From assembly GCF_000497125.1 (NCBI RefSeq), contig NC_090599.1, positions 1,550,001 to 1,614,000 on the forward strand: a stretch of 64,000 nucleotides of DNA, given 5' to 3'. This stretch comes from Spironucleus salmonicida. Taxonomy: Eukaryota. The translations under genes and the position numbers were made by a program. The notes beneath the pieces were generated by a model. That model ran no database searches. It was not told the origin of the DNA and saw nothing but the letters and a program-made list of their open reading frames with translations. The first letter of the stretch is position 1. Every line of letters starts with the position of its first letter. Below are positions 15,386-28,854 of this stretch, piece by piece.

Positions 15386-15919
15386 ATGAACTAGGCTATT
15401 TCATAATTGTAAGTCTTGCTTGAACAAAAATTAAAGCTTTAAGGGGTAGAGCTATGTGTTAAAGCCAGAGAACAAGATCAAAACTTCTGGATATAGATAG
15501 AGAAAGAGTCAGGAATATCAAATATTTAAAAAGTATTTGAAAAAGTTGAAGACAAGCTTTATGTAACTATAGCATAAAAACAGACTTTAATCATCAGGGC
15601 TTTTGTTATATAAAATTTAATTGAAACTGGAGATTTTAATAAATTGAAAACTTTAACTAAGGATGATTCTTTCAAAATGTCTTAAGAGTTAGTAAAGCTT
15701 TATAAAGATTTACCTCAACATTTATCCTAAAAAATTATTTTTAAAATTTTATTGGGGTTTATATAGGATTGTAAATATAAATCCGTTTTAGATATACTAC
15801 ATAATGAAAGAAAATCTATTACTGCCGATAGATGTCCAAACTGTGATGTTCCTATATATCATGAATAAATCTAAATTATACTGGAATAAATTTCGAAAGG
15901 TAAGAAAAATGAAAAGTGA
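15386..15919 (+). CDS. Hypothetical protein (177 aa)
   Basis: MNQAISQLQVLLEQK...RCPNCDVP...KGKKNEK*. Ends AAG-TGA. Confidence 0.65.
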
Positions 15920-15962
15920 TATACTTAATTATATTTAAAATATTATAAATATTGATTAGAAA

Positions 15963-17039
15963 ATGAACGACAGTTATGACTAATAAGATGACTATTATAA
16001 ACTAATTATCTATCACGATCCTACTAAGCCGGTAATAACAATAAGTGTGATAATTTTGATATTAACGTTTCTTTACATTGTACATAAATTGGATAAAAGA
16101 AGTTTTAAAATTAAAAAATTAATACTTCATGATACACAGTTCAAATAAATTGTTATGAATATCTTTAAATAAAAGTAAAATGTTCTTAACTAAAATTTGA
16201 ACTCTATTTAACTACCTTTTAAGCTTATCTTAAAAAAATTATCTACTGTAGCTGAGTTGGCACCTGAAAATTATTAACACACAATAATTTTACTTCCACC
16301 GTTATTATAAACACATTTATCAGTTGAAATTTAAAATACGTGTTAATTACTGTTTAATGAAAATTTCAGAATAATTGTTGTCATCTAGCCTGGTCTTTTA
16401 AACGAATTGAATAGTAATTAGATACTTGATCATGATTTTTTATAATTATAAGAACTTTTAGATGCAATTTAATCATATCCTAATAGCTATCTTTTAGGAT
16501 TTGAAAGTGGAGCAATAAAAATTTTTGAAGTTATTTAAAGAAAAGATATAAACATCAATAAATGTTGTATTATTAACTGCCCATTTGATTGGTTAAGCTT
16601 CATTCCTAGTAATATTGATGAAGTATGGAACTTAAATACTGGTAAGTAACTTAAAGAGTACTATCTACGTAACTAGAAATACTTTTAAAAATTTCCTATA
16701 GAACTAGAAAAATTAGATAAATTTTTAGATTAACCATCTTTTACTGGATTTGATGATTGTTTTTGGTGCTCTAAGTATGAAATGAATAACTTAGAAGAAT
16801 TGTATTAACATTTAATAGACCCACAATAGTTTGATAATGTATTATATCCTACATTAATTATAAATGCATATAACTCACCTATTACTAGTTCATATATTAA
16901 TAAACTAGATATCTATGCTAATGACAATGTAAACTATATACTAACTAATAATGGTCAATAAAATGCTATTAACACATACAATGAAGATTTATTCATTATT
17001 TTAGTTTAATAGTGGTTTAATTTTATTGAACAAGAATGA
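15963..17039 (+). CDS. Membrane-anchored alpha/beta-hydrolase fold protein (ABHD1-3/YheT-like), apparently degenerate
   Basis: N-terminal TM segment, then TIILLPPL, FRIIVVIQPG, YLLGFESGA, INCPFDW, FTGFDD, YPTLIINAYNSPI and YILTNNGQQ, in the order and spacing of the ABHD/YheT family. Confidence 0.65.
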
Positions 17040-18426
17040 AATAATCTAGTATTAATATTTTTATTTATTTATATATAATTTTATTTACTGAAATAATTAT
17101 TTTGCATCTTAATATAAGTTTTGTTTGTTGATTGCAATTATTAAAGCGACTTTTTAACATTTAATTTATACTTTTATTGAATGAGGAATTTTAATTTAAA
17201 AAATTATAAATCTAACCAATTAAAGTTTATTTCTTTATAAAATATAAATAACTAAACATATTAAGACGTACATTATTATTTACATATTATAAAAATTAAA
17301 TAAAATTTATATAGTATTTAATACACAAAAGAAAAACACAATAATCTATATATTAGAATCTTTTTATTAATATTAGAGAATATCAAGCAATTACAAGAAC
17401 CATCAAGTATAACTACCTATATATGATTTCTTTATTTCCATGTTTATTGATATTATAAATACATATATGAATAAGTTAAGTTTTATTTATTTTGTATTGT
17501 CTAACAATAAATGTTGTGACAGTTATATATTATACATAGATTATAGAAATATATCATGATATCATTTCAGAATATATTATATGTTTAACAACTAGCTGGC
17601 TACGATAAAATTTTTATATTTAATAATAATTACTAAATTATTGCATAAAAAGTATATTGTCATCTAACTATATTCATAAACATTATTTAATATTAGTATA
17701 TATAGATATTTTAGTTCAAAAGTTATAAAGCTGATATTAAAGGAAGGTTGAATCTATTAAATAACCAAACTATATTTACTGCTTTGAATTTATCTAATAA
17801 AATATAGAAATTTTATTCTTTAATGTTATGATAAAGTAGTAAGTATACTGCATAGGTCTAAAGTCTAACAGTGGAGTAACTAGTTAACGATATATAATAA
17901 TAGCCTAGAGCCAGTATTAATAAAAAACTTATTATATCAATTATTATAAGTAAATACTTTTTTAATTCTTATTCATACAATTAATTATAGTTATAATTTA
18001 GTAATAAGTGTACCGTATAATATAATGTGATTTTACGATTAAATTGAATAAAAATTGAATTAATCTTATTCATATGGAATTTGGTCCTATTATAATAAAC
18101 CATATTAATTTTATAGTTATAAATATGCTTTTAAAATTAAAAACAGTTTCTATATAGTTTTTATTCAAACTAGTTAGAATATCTTATATACAACTTTTTT
18201 TAATTAAGTTACTTAAATTTATATGATTATTATGTAAAGAATACTATAAATAAAAAGTATATATAAAAAAAATTAAATGATATTTATGTAACATTCATAA
18301 TTTATAATTATATCATATATTTAATAAAATGATTTCAAACTATACAAAATGTCAATAACTAATTTTGTACTAATAGGATAAATAATATTATACCCCAACC
18401 CAATCAAATATTTCACTCCACACATA

Positions 18427-19860
18427 ATGTCTGAACTCAGAGTTTGCATTGTTGGTTGTACCCATGCCGGTACTATTGCTGCTATCACTATCCGTGAAGC
18501 TAATCCTAAAGCTAAAATTACTATCATCGAAAGAAACGATAACATCTCTTACCTTTCTTGCGGTATTGCCCTTGGTGTACAAGGTGTAGCAACCTCAATG
18601 GAAGGCATGTTCTACAACTCAGTTGATAATATGAAAAAGTTAGGTTTTGATATTCACAGCAGTTCTAATGTTACTGATATTGATTTCACTGGTAAAACTG
18701 TTAATTTTGAACATTTATAGACTAAGTAAAAGCACACTGTTACTTATGATAAAATTGTTATTTCCTGTGGTTCTTGGCCTATTATCCCTCCTTTTGCTCG
18801 TAATTTCTTTGAAGAAGGTAATGACCAGAAAAAGGTTTTCTTATGCAAGAACTATGACCATGCAAAGAAACTAGTTGAGCTTGTTAAATCAAATGATAAA
18901 GGAGATAAGTCTATATCCATTATTGGTGGTGGTTATATCGGTATTGAGTTAGTTGAAGCTTTTGCCGAGAAAAAGTTCAAAGTCCATTTAGTTGAAGGTG
19001 GAAACCGTATTATGCAACGTTATTTCTGTGCTGATTACACATCATAAGCCGAAGATAACTTGAAGAAGAACGGTGTAGAACTCCATTTAGAAAAATTAGT
19101 TAAGTCTATTGATGATTCTGGTGACAAAGTAACTATTGATTTAGGTACCGAGAAGCTTACTACTGATTATGTAGTACTGTGTATTGGTTTCATGCCTAAT
19201 ACTAAGATGGTTATCGATTCTTCCAAGAAATCTGGTAAGGAATTAAGCACCCTTCCTAACGGTGCTATCATTGTAAATGAACATTGTGAAACATCTATTA
19301 CTGACGTTTATGCCGTTGGTGATGCTGCTACACACTTTAACAATGTGACCTAGTAACCTTCATATATTCCTCTAGCTACCACTGCTATACGTTTAGCTGT
19401 TGTTGCTGCTCTAAATATTTGTGGTACTCCCATTAAATTCCCTGGTACTTAAGGTACATCTGCCATCAAGATTTTTGGTAAGACGATGGTTTCTACTGGT
19501 GTGAACTAAGAGGCTGCTGAAGTATTATTGAAAGGTACTAGTGTTAAAGAAATATCTATCAATGATAAATGGAGACCTGAATTTATGCCTGATTCATCCA
19601 CTGAAATTCATATGAGACTCACTTATATTGAATCTTCAGGTGTAGTCATTGGTGCTCAGATAGTAAGTGACATAGTTGAAGTAGCTCAGATGATAAACAC
19701 AGTTTCCTTAGCCATTGCCAATAAGATGACTGTTTCTGACCTCATGCTTTGCGATTTCTTCTTCAACCCATGGTTTGGTAAGCCCGTTCACATTATTAAC
19801 TTAGCTGCTATCGCCACTACCTTTACTCCTCCTTATGAAGAATATAAGGAATAGAAGTGA
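18427..19860 (+). CDS. nox: H2O-forming NADH oxidase (FAD-dependent pyridine nucleotide-disulfide oxidoreductase)
   Basis: IVGCTHAG (FAD), SYLSCGIA (redox-active Cys), IIGGGYIGIE (NADH), TSITDVYAVGD, YIPLATTA and a C-terminal dimerisation domain. Three supplied ORFs join through TAA/TAG into one frame. Ends AAG-TGA. Confidence 0.96.
19856..19860 (+). terminator. AGTGA putative polyadenylation signal overlapping the stop codon (representative example)
   Basis: AGTGA includes the TGA stop in 18 of the 43 gene ends I called. This signal is described for Spironucleus. Confidence 0.7.
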
Positions 19861-19870
19861 ACAACTTTTA

Positions 19871-21223
19871 TCACATCAGCTAATCCTAATCAACAATTTC
19901 ATATATCATTTTTTCATTATTTTCTATAAACCCTGTTAAATTAGGTGTGTTTCTTACATCCGACATTCGAATCCCCTAATTTAACATCTATGTCCATAAT
20001 TTTTTTCTCCCTTAATCTAATTATTCAACATTCAAACTAGGATCCTCCGCTAGCCTCCAAAATTTTATGTCCTATTCATTAATTTCTTTGAAACTAATAT
20101 TTTTCACATCCTCAGATATTTGATTCTTACATATTATCTTTTAAATATTACAATATTATACTATTATATCTTCAAAAGATAAAATTCTTCCTATCGAAAA
20201 CTCCATTTCCGAAACACATTAATTGGCATCAATTTCACGTATTTACTCTTCAAACATATTAATAACTACGCTAACATTATCAGTTGATCCAGCTTTTATA
20301 GCAAACTAGCATAATAAGCTTGCAATTATTTACGCTGCATTTTCTCGTTTCATTTTTTCCTAATTCACACCTAGAGGCAAAAGAAGCGATTTTGCGTAGT
20401 TTGAAGTGGAAAAAAGTAAACAAATAAGCACATACACAATTTATATAACCTCTTGAGATGTAAAAACGTCCCATAGCCCATCACAGCCAATTACGATGAA
20501 ATGATCATTTTTTGAAATTTTGATTTAAGAAATCTCTGGATAACACGAAACGAGCTAACTTGAGCATCCTAGTGACTCCAAGTATTCTAAGTTCTTAAAG
20601 TTTATATCCCCAATTCCACGGGAAACGGATAATCCTCCAGGGTATATACGTTTCGGGCCCTATTACAAAATTACATTCTCAGAGATTGTCGAGAACGGCT
20701 GAACAACTCCACCAGCTGCATAAATACGAGCAATTTCCAGTTCTGGTTTAAAGTCATTTGAGAGGTTAATTTCAGTACCATTCCGAGCCAAAACTGCCCG
20801 AGAATCACCTATATTCCATGTCTTAATTTGGTTCTTATGTAATTTCACAACACATGCGGTTGTACCATCCACTAAACCACGTATTCCAGCATCTGCAAGG
20901 AAACGTGTATCGATGCGAATAGGCCAATAATCGTCTGTCAGTTCTTATAGGATGTTACGCTTGCAGAACTTTGAGGCAGCGCTGCCTGCATGACCATCGA
21001 ATACTCCAGAAACAAGTGAGTTTTGGGATTTCTATGTGATGTGAGCATCTTCGTTCGTGGGGCGTAGGCCTTGAAGCGAAAATGCTCCAAATGTTGTAAG
21101 AGTTGGAATTTGTACAGTTTCTGAATGCTTTAAATGAGGACGCCTTAAGAGGAAAGAAAATAAGATGAAAGAGATAGGTGGAAGACTAAGCAAAAACAGA
21201 ATATAGGTAACAATTTCTTTCAT
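19871..21223 (-). CDS. Protein phosphatase 2C with N-terminal TM anchor
   Basis: MKEIVTYILFLLSL..., QGLRPTNEDA, GVFDGHAG, GTTA, NIGDSRAVL, LSVSRGIGD, GCDGLWDV, GSTDNVSVV. Confidence 0.92.
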
Positions 21224-21260
21224 TTTCGAAAAACGATAACAATATATAATATAATATTTT

Positions 21261-22064
21261 TCACTTTTTCTTGGGGTTTTATTTGATAATCTCATTTAAA
21301 ACAGCTTGTTAAACAAGTGATAATTTTTCTGCTACCAAAGTATCTATTTTTTATTATTCTACTCGCTTTTCCAAATCAGTACGGACTAATTCGCTGAGAT
21401 CTAAGCTTAAATATTCTTAGGATTGCATATTATACATCTCGAGTTTAGCTCTCTCTTAATCTTACAGTTTCTTCTCTTTACAATTAAGAATCTCAACTTG
21501 CATTAGCCCACCAAATTTTTCTTCTATACACATTTTTCTATAATCATAACTAATTTATTCTTAGTAGACTAAATCCTTCTCTCCTTAAATCCTACATCTT
21601 TCTTCCGCTTATTTTTCATAAAATTCAACAAATTTAGCTGTTTATAAAGATGGAATGGATATAGCTGGCGTAAACACTTCTGACACTTAAACATGACTAA
21701 TTTGTGGAATAAATTATAAAAGCTAAGTAAAGAAAATACTATTTTACTCTACAAAAAGCATAAATTGGTTCAGCTAGTTTGCAATAAAATTAGCGAAGTT
21801 AATAAATTTTGTTTGGAATTCATTAAGAATAGATTATTTCCATTGAAAAAGTATTTATAAAATTGTAACCGGCGTAAGTGATTATCTCGATAGTTTGTTA
21901 ATTGGGAGAAGTAGAAAATCTGCAGCAATAATAATTTACTATGACTCTTCGTTAAAATTAGGGTCTAAAAATTTACAAAGTGATAATTATGTCAGATTTT
22001 TTGCCAATAATATTGTGGGATTGAAATTTTCAATATAAAATAGTGGCGGAATATTATATTGCAT
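21261..22064 (-). CDS. Hypothetical protein (267 aa)
   Basis: MQYNIPPLFYIENF...EIIKQNPKKK*. Ends AAG-TGA. Confidence 0.7.
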
Positions 22065-22113
22065 TTTTGATTATAGTTTATATTCATATTATATTTATAT
22101 ATTATATTTTAAA

Positions 22114-22653
22114 ATGAATAATATTAGAAAATTACTAGCACATTAGTCATAGCTTAATAGAATGAGTAAAGCAGTGTTGAAATAACCATTATAAATATTA
22201 GAATTATCTAATTCTAATATTGAAAGTTTTTAATGTCCGAATTAAAGCTTAGATAGTCAAAAAGAAATTTAATTTATTGAAGGTTAGATTTAGGATATAC
22301 CTGAATTTACAGGCAAAGAAAGAAAAGAATTTAGAATTTAATAAGAATTTGTTGCAAAAGCAGTATGGGTAGAGAATAAGCTAAGAATACAGAATGGTTT
22401 AATAAAAATAATGATATAAGAAGTTACAGACATGGAAGAATATGTGGATAGCTAAGTATATATGGGCATAAAGAGAATTTCTAGGTTCTAAGAAACACTA
22501 AGAAAATTGGCATATGAAGTTTAACAGAAATTAGCAAAAATAGCACCTAAGAAAAAAATAGACGTATAAGCAATAATTAAATAAATGGATTAAGGGATAT
22601 ATATTTAATACCAAATTCCACCTCCCAAAAAGCTAATCGTTCTGGATTTTTGA
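22114..22653 (+). CDS. Hypothetical protein (179 aa)
   Basis: MNNIRKLLAHQ...IPPPKKLIVLDF*. Divergent from the previous gene across a 49-bp spacer. Confidence 0.65.
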
Positions 22654-22709
22654 TTTGTCAATATTAGTATTTATATATTACAGTATATCATGATTGTAAA
22701 GTTATTAAA

Positions 22710-23987
22710 ATGAATTAGTCTTTTTATTTTGATGAGAAAAGATTTATTGCGTATAAATAGGATGTCAAGTAAAAGTTATAAAGTTATGAATAATTCTAGT
22801 CTCTTGTATATAAAGAGCAGTCAATTAACCTCGAGTTTATTCTTTAACTAATTCAAAATAGAGATTTTGAAAGATTTAATGAATATATCTATTATTAATT
22901 GCTGTAGAATCTAAATAAAGTAAGTTCAACCCTGTCATTTTATTTATCGCTGTCCAGGGATTATATTTGGAATTCTTTAGGATTTTTTGATTATGATCGA
23001 ATTTTATTTTGCTAATAGTTGGTTTCCAATTATAGAATAAATAAATTGGAGATATAGTATAGTTAGAAGTTTGGTAATGGAATATTTGCTACTGAGGATA
23101 TTAAGGAAAATGAGGTTATCATATTTGAAAATCCTATTGCTTACGCCTAAAGCATACCAGACTTAATGTTAAATTTATACCAAGCTTAGTTCAAACTTTC
23201 ATAATATTAAGAATATAGTGCTTCGTTACTTTTCCCATAACGATTGGAGTCTTCGTTATAGCTATAAGATTTTTTAGGGGTTTATGCAACTTTATTTCAT
23301 CCATATAATTCATTAGCTAATAGCTAACAAAACTAATTTAATGCAGTATATCCTACATTTTCATTGCTTAATCATTCGTGTGTTCCTAATACTATTTCTT
23401 GTTTCATTAATAGTTAAATTAGATTATCTGCATCAAAAATGATTTAAAAAGGCGAATAAATATTTACTACATACTATTCTGATATGTAAATACCTTATAG
23501 CGATAGGTAAATAGCGTTGCAGAAATATGGATTTAGATGCTAGTGTGAATGGTGCGAATAAATTAAAAATATAGATACTAAGAAAGTAACAATAGAACAA
23601 ATATAACAACAAAACATGAGTTATTGCAGCAATTTTTCGATCATAATATCATCTTATATGTAAGAATATATTTCATAGAAGAATTTTTAAAAAGCTTTAT
23701 ATTATTTTGAAGTATTCTTTTTATAAAATCTCAAGTATACTTTAGACTAGGCGATATAAAATTCTTTTATATTTAGTGGGTATAAATAGTAAATCTAGCT
23801 TCAAGATTATGATAATTTTATGTATGCACTTAATATTCTTAAAGCAATGAATACTAAATTTAATTGGAAAAATTATTAATAAAAATGGATAATATATATT
23901 AAAAGGGTATCAATTATCCAATTTAATTTAGTTTAAATTGCAGAAATAATGTTATGCGATCTTATTAGAGAATTATAAATAGAGTGA
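22710..23987 (+). CDS. SET-domain lysine methyltransferase (SMYD-like)
   Basis: GNGIFATEDIKENEVI, FSLLNHSCVPN, IQKGEQIFTTY and post-SET YGFRCQCEWC. Ends GAG-TGA. Confidence 0.9.
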
Positions 23988-23997
23988 CTTTAAAAAA

Positions 23998-24714
23998 TCA
24001 ATAAATTCCATTCTATTTTAATATCTTTCGTTCAATTTCACCCATTAAGGTTATCTTTTATTATATGACTTGCTTTGTTTCAGAGTATCCAGCAGATTCT
24101 ACTATATCAAAAGCATTTAAAACATGTTAATCGACCTGCATTATCTAAGTAGATGAATTGTACTGCAAAAGTTTTAAAACTAAGAACATATAAAATGGAT
24201 TTTATGCCTAATAAATGTCAGTATAGTCCTTATCTATAATTTGAAGTTCCTTAGTTCCTTAATTATTTTTAAGATCAATGATTTAATTTTTCAATATAGA
24301 ATTCTACTTATTAAGCGATATAAGTTGCTACTAATAATATAAAATATCATTTTGCAATACTAACGGATCCGGAACAGCGTCATTCTTCATATCTAGATCC
24401 ATAATTTTTTATGCCATAATATCACGGTCATATTTAAGCTAAGAATTTTCTAACAGTAACTGTTGAATTTGTATATGATTACCACTTGTAATAAATGATT
24501 AATTTAATTTGGATACACTGAGTTAAACTTGCGCATTTGCATCTACTTCTGCTTTAAGATCTTTATATGCATGTATAACAGTCTCTAACATGCTAATGGA
24601 TATTTTTAGTAATTACTCAATATCAGTCGACTTATTATAGATATGTTCCTCAATAAATTTTTATGTTGTCAGTAAGTTTAGCTCTAAATCTTGTATGCAA
24701 TATGATTATTACAT
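23998..24714 (-). CDS. Coiled-coil hypothetical protein (238 aa)
   Basis: Starts ATG TAA TAA (MQQSYCIQDLEL...) and ends ...ILKQNGIY*. Confidence 0.65.
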
Positions 24715-24766
24715 TTAATATATCTAGACTATTGAGTATATTAATATAATATTAGGATATCATTTT

Positions 24767-26062
24767 TCATTCATCTTGAATCATCTATATGTTTAAATTT
24801 CCTTTCTTTCTTAGCAAAAACGGACTTGGCTCGGTGCAGACGCCTGGTATTTAACTTTTACCAGCTAAAATATCCATTATCATATCTATATCTACAAATT
24901 CGTCATATGATTTAACAACTGAATCGAACACCTTCCGATCATTAGGTAACGATTTATCCTTACGTATTTTCAAGCTCTCCCATGCACCTTTTCGCTTAGT
25001 TTCTTATAAAACTCTTAAACCATGCTCCTTTTTTAACAAAATATAGTCAGTAACCTCTTTTTAACTGTTCCAGAAAACCTCCAAAATTACTGGTTTTGAC
25101 AATTTCATTAGCTTAGCGAACTTATCTTGGGCGAGGTACTAAATACCTCCTAACTCTACAGTTTCTGGCTCAATGATACCGCGACTCGCTGTGTAGAATT
25201 TTGCTTTGAAAATCATTGTTTTAGTATCACCCACGATAGCTGTTTCCTATTCCAATTAGACTAGCAGATCCACACTATTCTAATTCAAGGGCTTCCATTT
25301 CTAAATATCATGCGTGGTTCCAACCTGATATCCTGCCCGTACTTTGGTGAAAATAAGACCATCAGAGTGATGTAGGAGTCCCTTTTTTTGCTCCAAAACT
25401 TGGGAGATTTGAGTTTTATCTGTAAAAAATTTGGAGCAAATCTTCAAATTTGTGGGGTCTGGGACACATATCTTAGATAGTGACGCACTGGCCTCGAGAC
25501 GCTCATATAGCGGTTTGGACATCACAGAAACGGAATTAAAAAGGCAGTCAAAAAGGTACAAATGGAGTGATTCAGTTTCACCCTTTTCTGCAACTAGCTC
25601 ACCGTCATATAATCCATTAAAATGAGAAAAGCAAGTAGGTGAATAGGCATCTTGCAGGTTTGTGAGTAGCGCAATTTAGGTTAGGTCAAAATCGCAGGAG
25701 AAACGCTTAAAGGTGTACTCCCTGTCAATAAAGTAGGCAAAGTAGGTTATAATGGTAGGTTTTAACGTTTTAAGGTGCCGCTTCACAGCATCGAATGCAG
25801 GCTAGGGAATTGTCATATCAGCAAAATGTACGAAGAAAAGGTATCGTGTTCCGTCAGTTTTTTCACAGACTGCAAAATCATTCTGCAAGATTAGCGATAA
25901 ACCGATCTTTGGCTCTAGAGAAACTGGTTGAGCTCCTGGAAAGCGGTACCCGTTAGATGTATCTAAATGTAATAATGATGCTATTTCATCTTTTAGTGCG
26001 GTTGCCTCGCCTTCTTACAATGTGGGTAATGAGTTTAAGAACTTAGCAGTTAATTGATCCAT
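24767..26062 (-). CDS. mRNA capping enzyme, guanylyltransferase (Ceg1-like, monofunctional)
   Basis: FPGAQPVSL, motif I CEKTDGTRY, YDGELV, YLFDCL, DGLIF, KWKP, and OB-fold RKDKSLPN. Confidence 0.93.
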
Positions 26063-26119
26063 TTTAATAATAGATTTTAATATTATATAATAAACACAAA
26101 TAATTTCGCTCCAAACGAA
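26063..26119. promoter_or_regulatory. Compact bidirectional promoter (representative example)
   Basis: 57 bp between the divergent capping-enzyme and NFRKB-like ATGs. Contains TATTATATAA (26081-26090) and C-rich TTTCGCTCC before the + strand ATG. Confidence 0.6.
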
Positions 26120-28834
26120 ATGATTAATCCTAGGATACTGTTAGAAAGGCAGGTTATGCAGCAGAGATATAAGTAATTTATGCATAAAAATGCTGGAATT
26201 TAAATTGAAGATCCATAGTATTAATTTTAATCTGCAAAGAAACTATTTACTATGAAAAACGGCCTCTAATATGTACCAGCTTTTTACGATTTAGATAATA
26301 TCAGTTTACCTATTGTTACACCTTAAATTGATAAAAATTCTGTACTCAATGCCCAAATACTAAGCTTAAAGATAGAGAAAGATTTACCTATTAAGAATAT
26401 AATAAGTAATTATTAATTTGCATCTGTGCAAATTATTACCATGCAACAAAAGCAAAAAAAGGCGTTTGCATAGCTGAAAGGATAACCACATAAGTAAGAA
26501 AGAGATGCAAGTTACCACCAACTTGAATACGAAATTGTGAAAGCAGAGACGTCTGATTTTGATATTGTTGACAACTAAAAAATAGGATAGTTTAAAATGG
26601 TTGACGGAAGAATTCTAGAGTCAACTAAATTTGATTGTCAAAAGCTTTGGTACAAGGCTGGAACTAGCAAAGTTGAAGCAATAATGTTCGGGATTCCTTA
26701 CGAGGAAATGACAAGCAAAACCCATACTGAAAATTAGTTAGAAGTTTAGTCAGATTAAAATTTAGATGTATTCAACTAACATGTTAAAAAGTAGTATAAA
26801 AATAGTTTGCAAAGTGTAGTTTATGAGGAACCGATAGTTATAAGCAATGTTGCACACCCATCGGACATTACATCACAGAAGTTTATTAAGGATTTATTGA
26901 CTAGATAATAGAAACTAAGTGCTGCACCTGTAGTTAAATCTACACCAAAGTTACCTAAGGAAAAACCTTATTAAGAAAATTACGAGAAAAAGATGATAAT
27001 AGGTAGAAAATATGGGCCAGTTAATTTGCCTTAAATTTTAGAAGGTTTTTAAAAGAATTCATAGTCTCATGTTTTAGATACTGCGTTATTTTATGTGCCT
27101 ACTTTATGCCATGCATTGGTAGCTATAATTTCATGTTAATAATGTTAAGTAAAACTTAGGGAAGAAGATATATTTCTTTCAACCTTGGCTGCTGAGCACA
27201 TAACATTAGGAAGATAAGCTATATTAATTAGGGATATATGTATATTAATTAGGGATAAATATCCAAAAATTATTGAAAAGTTTATACCAAAGCCATTAAA
27301 ATGTTTCGAGACTATTATTACAGCATTACTATTTATGGTATCACCTGATGATTCATTAGTTGAGTCTGTTGTTTAAATTCACGATGAAGTGTAATATATG
27401 ACAAGATCGTCAGTTTATGATTTGAAGAGCGGACTGGTAGAATAACTTACACATTAAGATAAGTTAAAATCTCCACCATCACAAGGATAAACGCTTCAAC
27501 TCAATATCGGCCCAACTGCAATTATGACGGAGGATGAAAGGTATTTACTTGAAGGTGATAAAGGACAAGCATTCCGTAGATAATTTTACACACTTTCAAG
27601 GAAACAGGAACCTGCATAAAAATCTACAAAGTAAGATTTTTCTATTAAAACTGCAGAACCAATACTCAGAGAAGTGAATAAGTATACTTCCCAAGCATCA
27701 TAGTTAGTAAACCAAACAATAATTACATAAATTAGTTAAGGCTCTTCTATCATATAGGCTTTAGAATCTAATTGCTAGGTATATGGTAATCAAAATAACT
27801 TCTCGATAATTTATGAGAATTAATCAGTAAAAACTGTTGATACAATCAAACTTACCCATTAAGAGTTATAATAAATTGATACAAGAATGCTATTTTTATC
27901 AGAAGAAGACAAGTTGAAAGTATCTTAAATACCTGAAAAGAAGCAAAAAGAGCTGAATTCTGACTCAGATTCTGATGTTCTTGCAGATGATTTACCGTAA
28001 GTACCTCCTCCCTCTCGCGCAATTATAGCGTTATCTTCACCTCTGTTAGGTGAATTCATGCTCTGCCAAAAAACTCCGGTAAATTCCTATTTCGGTGCCG
28101 ATTTGGATGACTTGAATAGAATTGCATTCCTAGTTGAAAGATAGCTAGAAATTGATGTCTAGGAAATGCATTCAGGTGCATAGCTTTTTAAGAATGGCGA
28201 ATTTGACAAAATTTACCAGAATGATTTAACTAAAGTACGTATGGAAACTCTTCTCAAATCGAAGCAAAAAGTAGCACTGTCCCTCGATTCTACAGGTCAA
28301 CGATATGACGATCTAGATAGATTACATTTTCGGGCCCAAGAGCGTTTACGTTACTTTCTTCTCCCTCATGTAACGTTCCCATATGTTGTAAAAGGACGCA
28401 AATCTCTGTCTCTGAAATAGAAACTCGCCGAGTAGAAACCATAATCATACAAGAACCTTGCACCCAACAAGCAGATTGCGTAGCATTTAAGTAAAATCGC
28501 TGCCGTCCAAGACGCTGCGGCACGTTTACCAGGAAGATTTGGGACCCGTGAAGATATAATGGATAGGTGTTGTGATGGCTAATTTTATAGTCAGCGTGAT
28601 TCTAGGCTCTAGAACAAAGTAAGCTGTGCTCTTGATAGGCTGAGATTGCATTTCGTGGACGAGGGGAAGAAAATGCGGTTGGCAATGTACAATGCAAGCG
28701 AGAAGATCTGGATGTTAGCACCTGGGCGGCTGTAGGTAGTTATGGGCGATATTGAACAGGAGGAGTGGCCTAGCGACCTGTACGAAATGTACTGCAAGGG
28801 CACCAGGACTATGCGCATGATGAACAGGTAGTGA
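26120..28834 (+). CDS. NFRKB/INO80G-like protein (904 aa)
   Basis: C-terminal region FRAQERLRYFLPHVTFPY...VQDAAARLPGRFGTREDI...GQFY...VSCALDRL...YNASEKIW matches the conserved NFRKB winged-helix-like domain. Confidence 0.75.
27220..27257 (+). repeat. In-frame 21-bp-period duplication inside the NFRKB-like CDS
   Basis: TATATTAATTAGGGATA at 27220-27236 and 27241-27257, encoding ILIRDIC-ILIRDKY. Confidence 0.8.
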
Positions 28835-28854
28835 TACATTTAAATCGTAAATAT

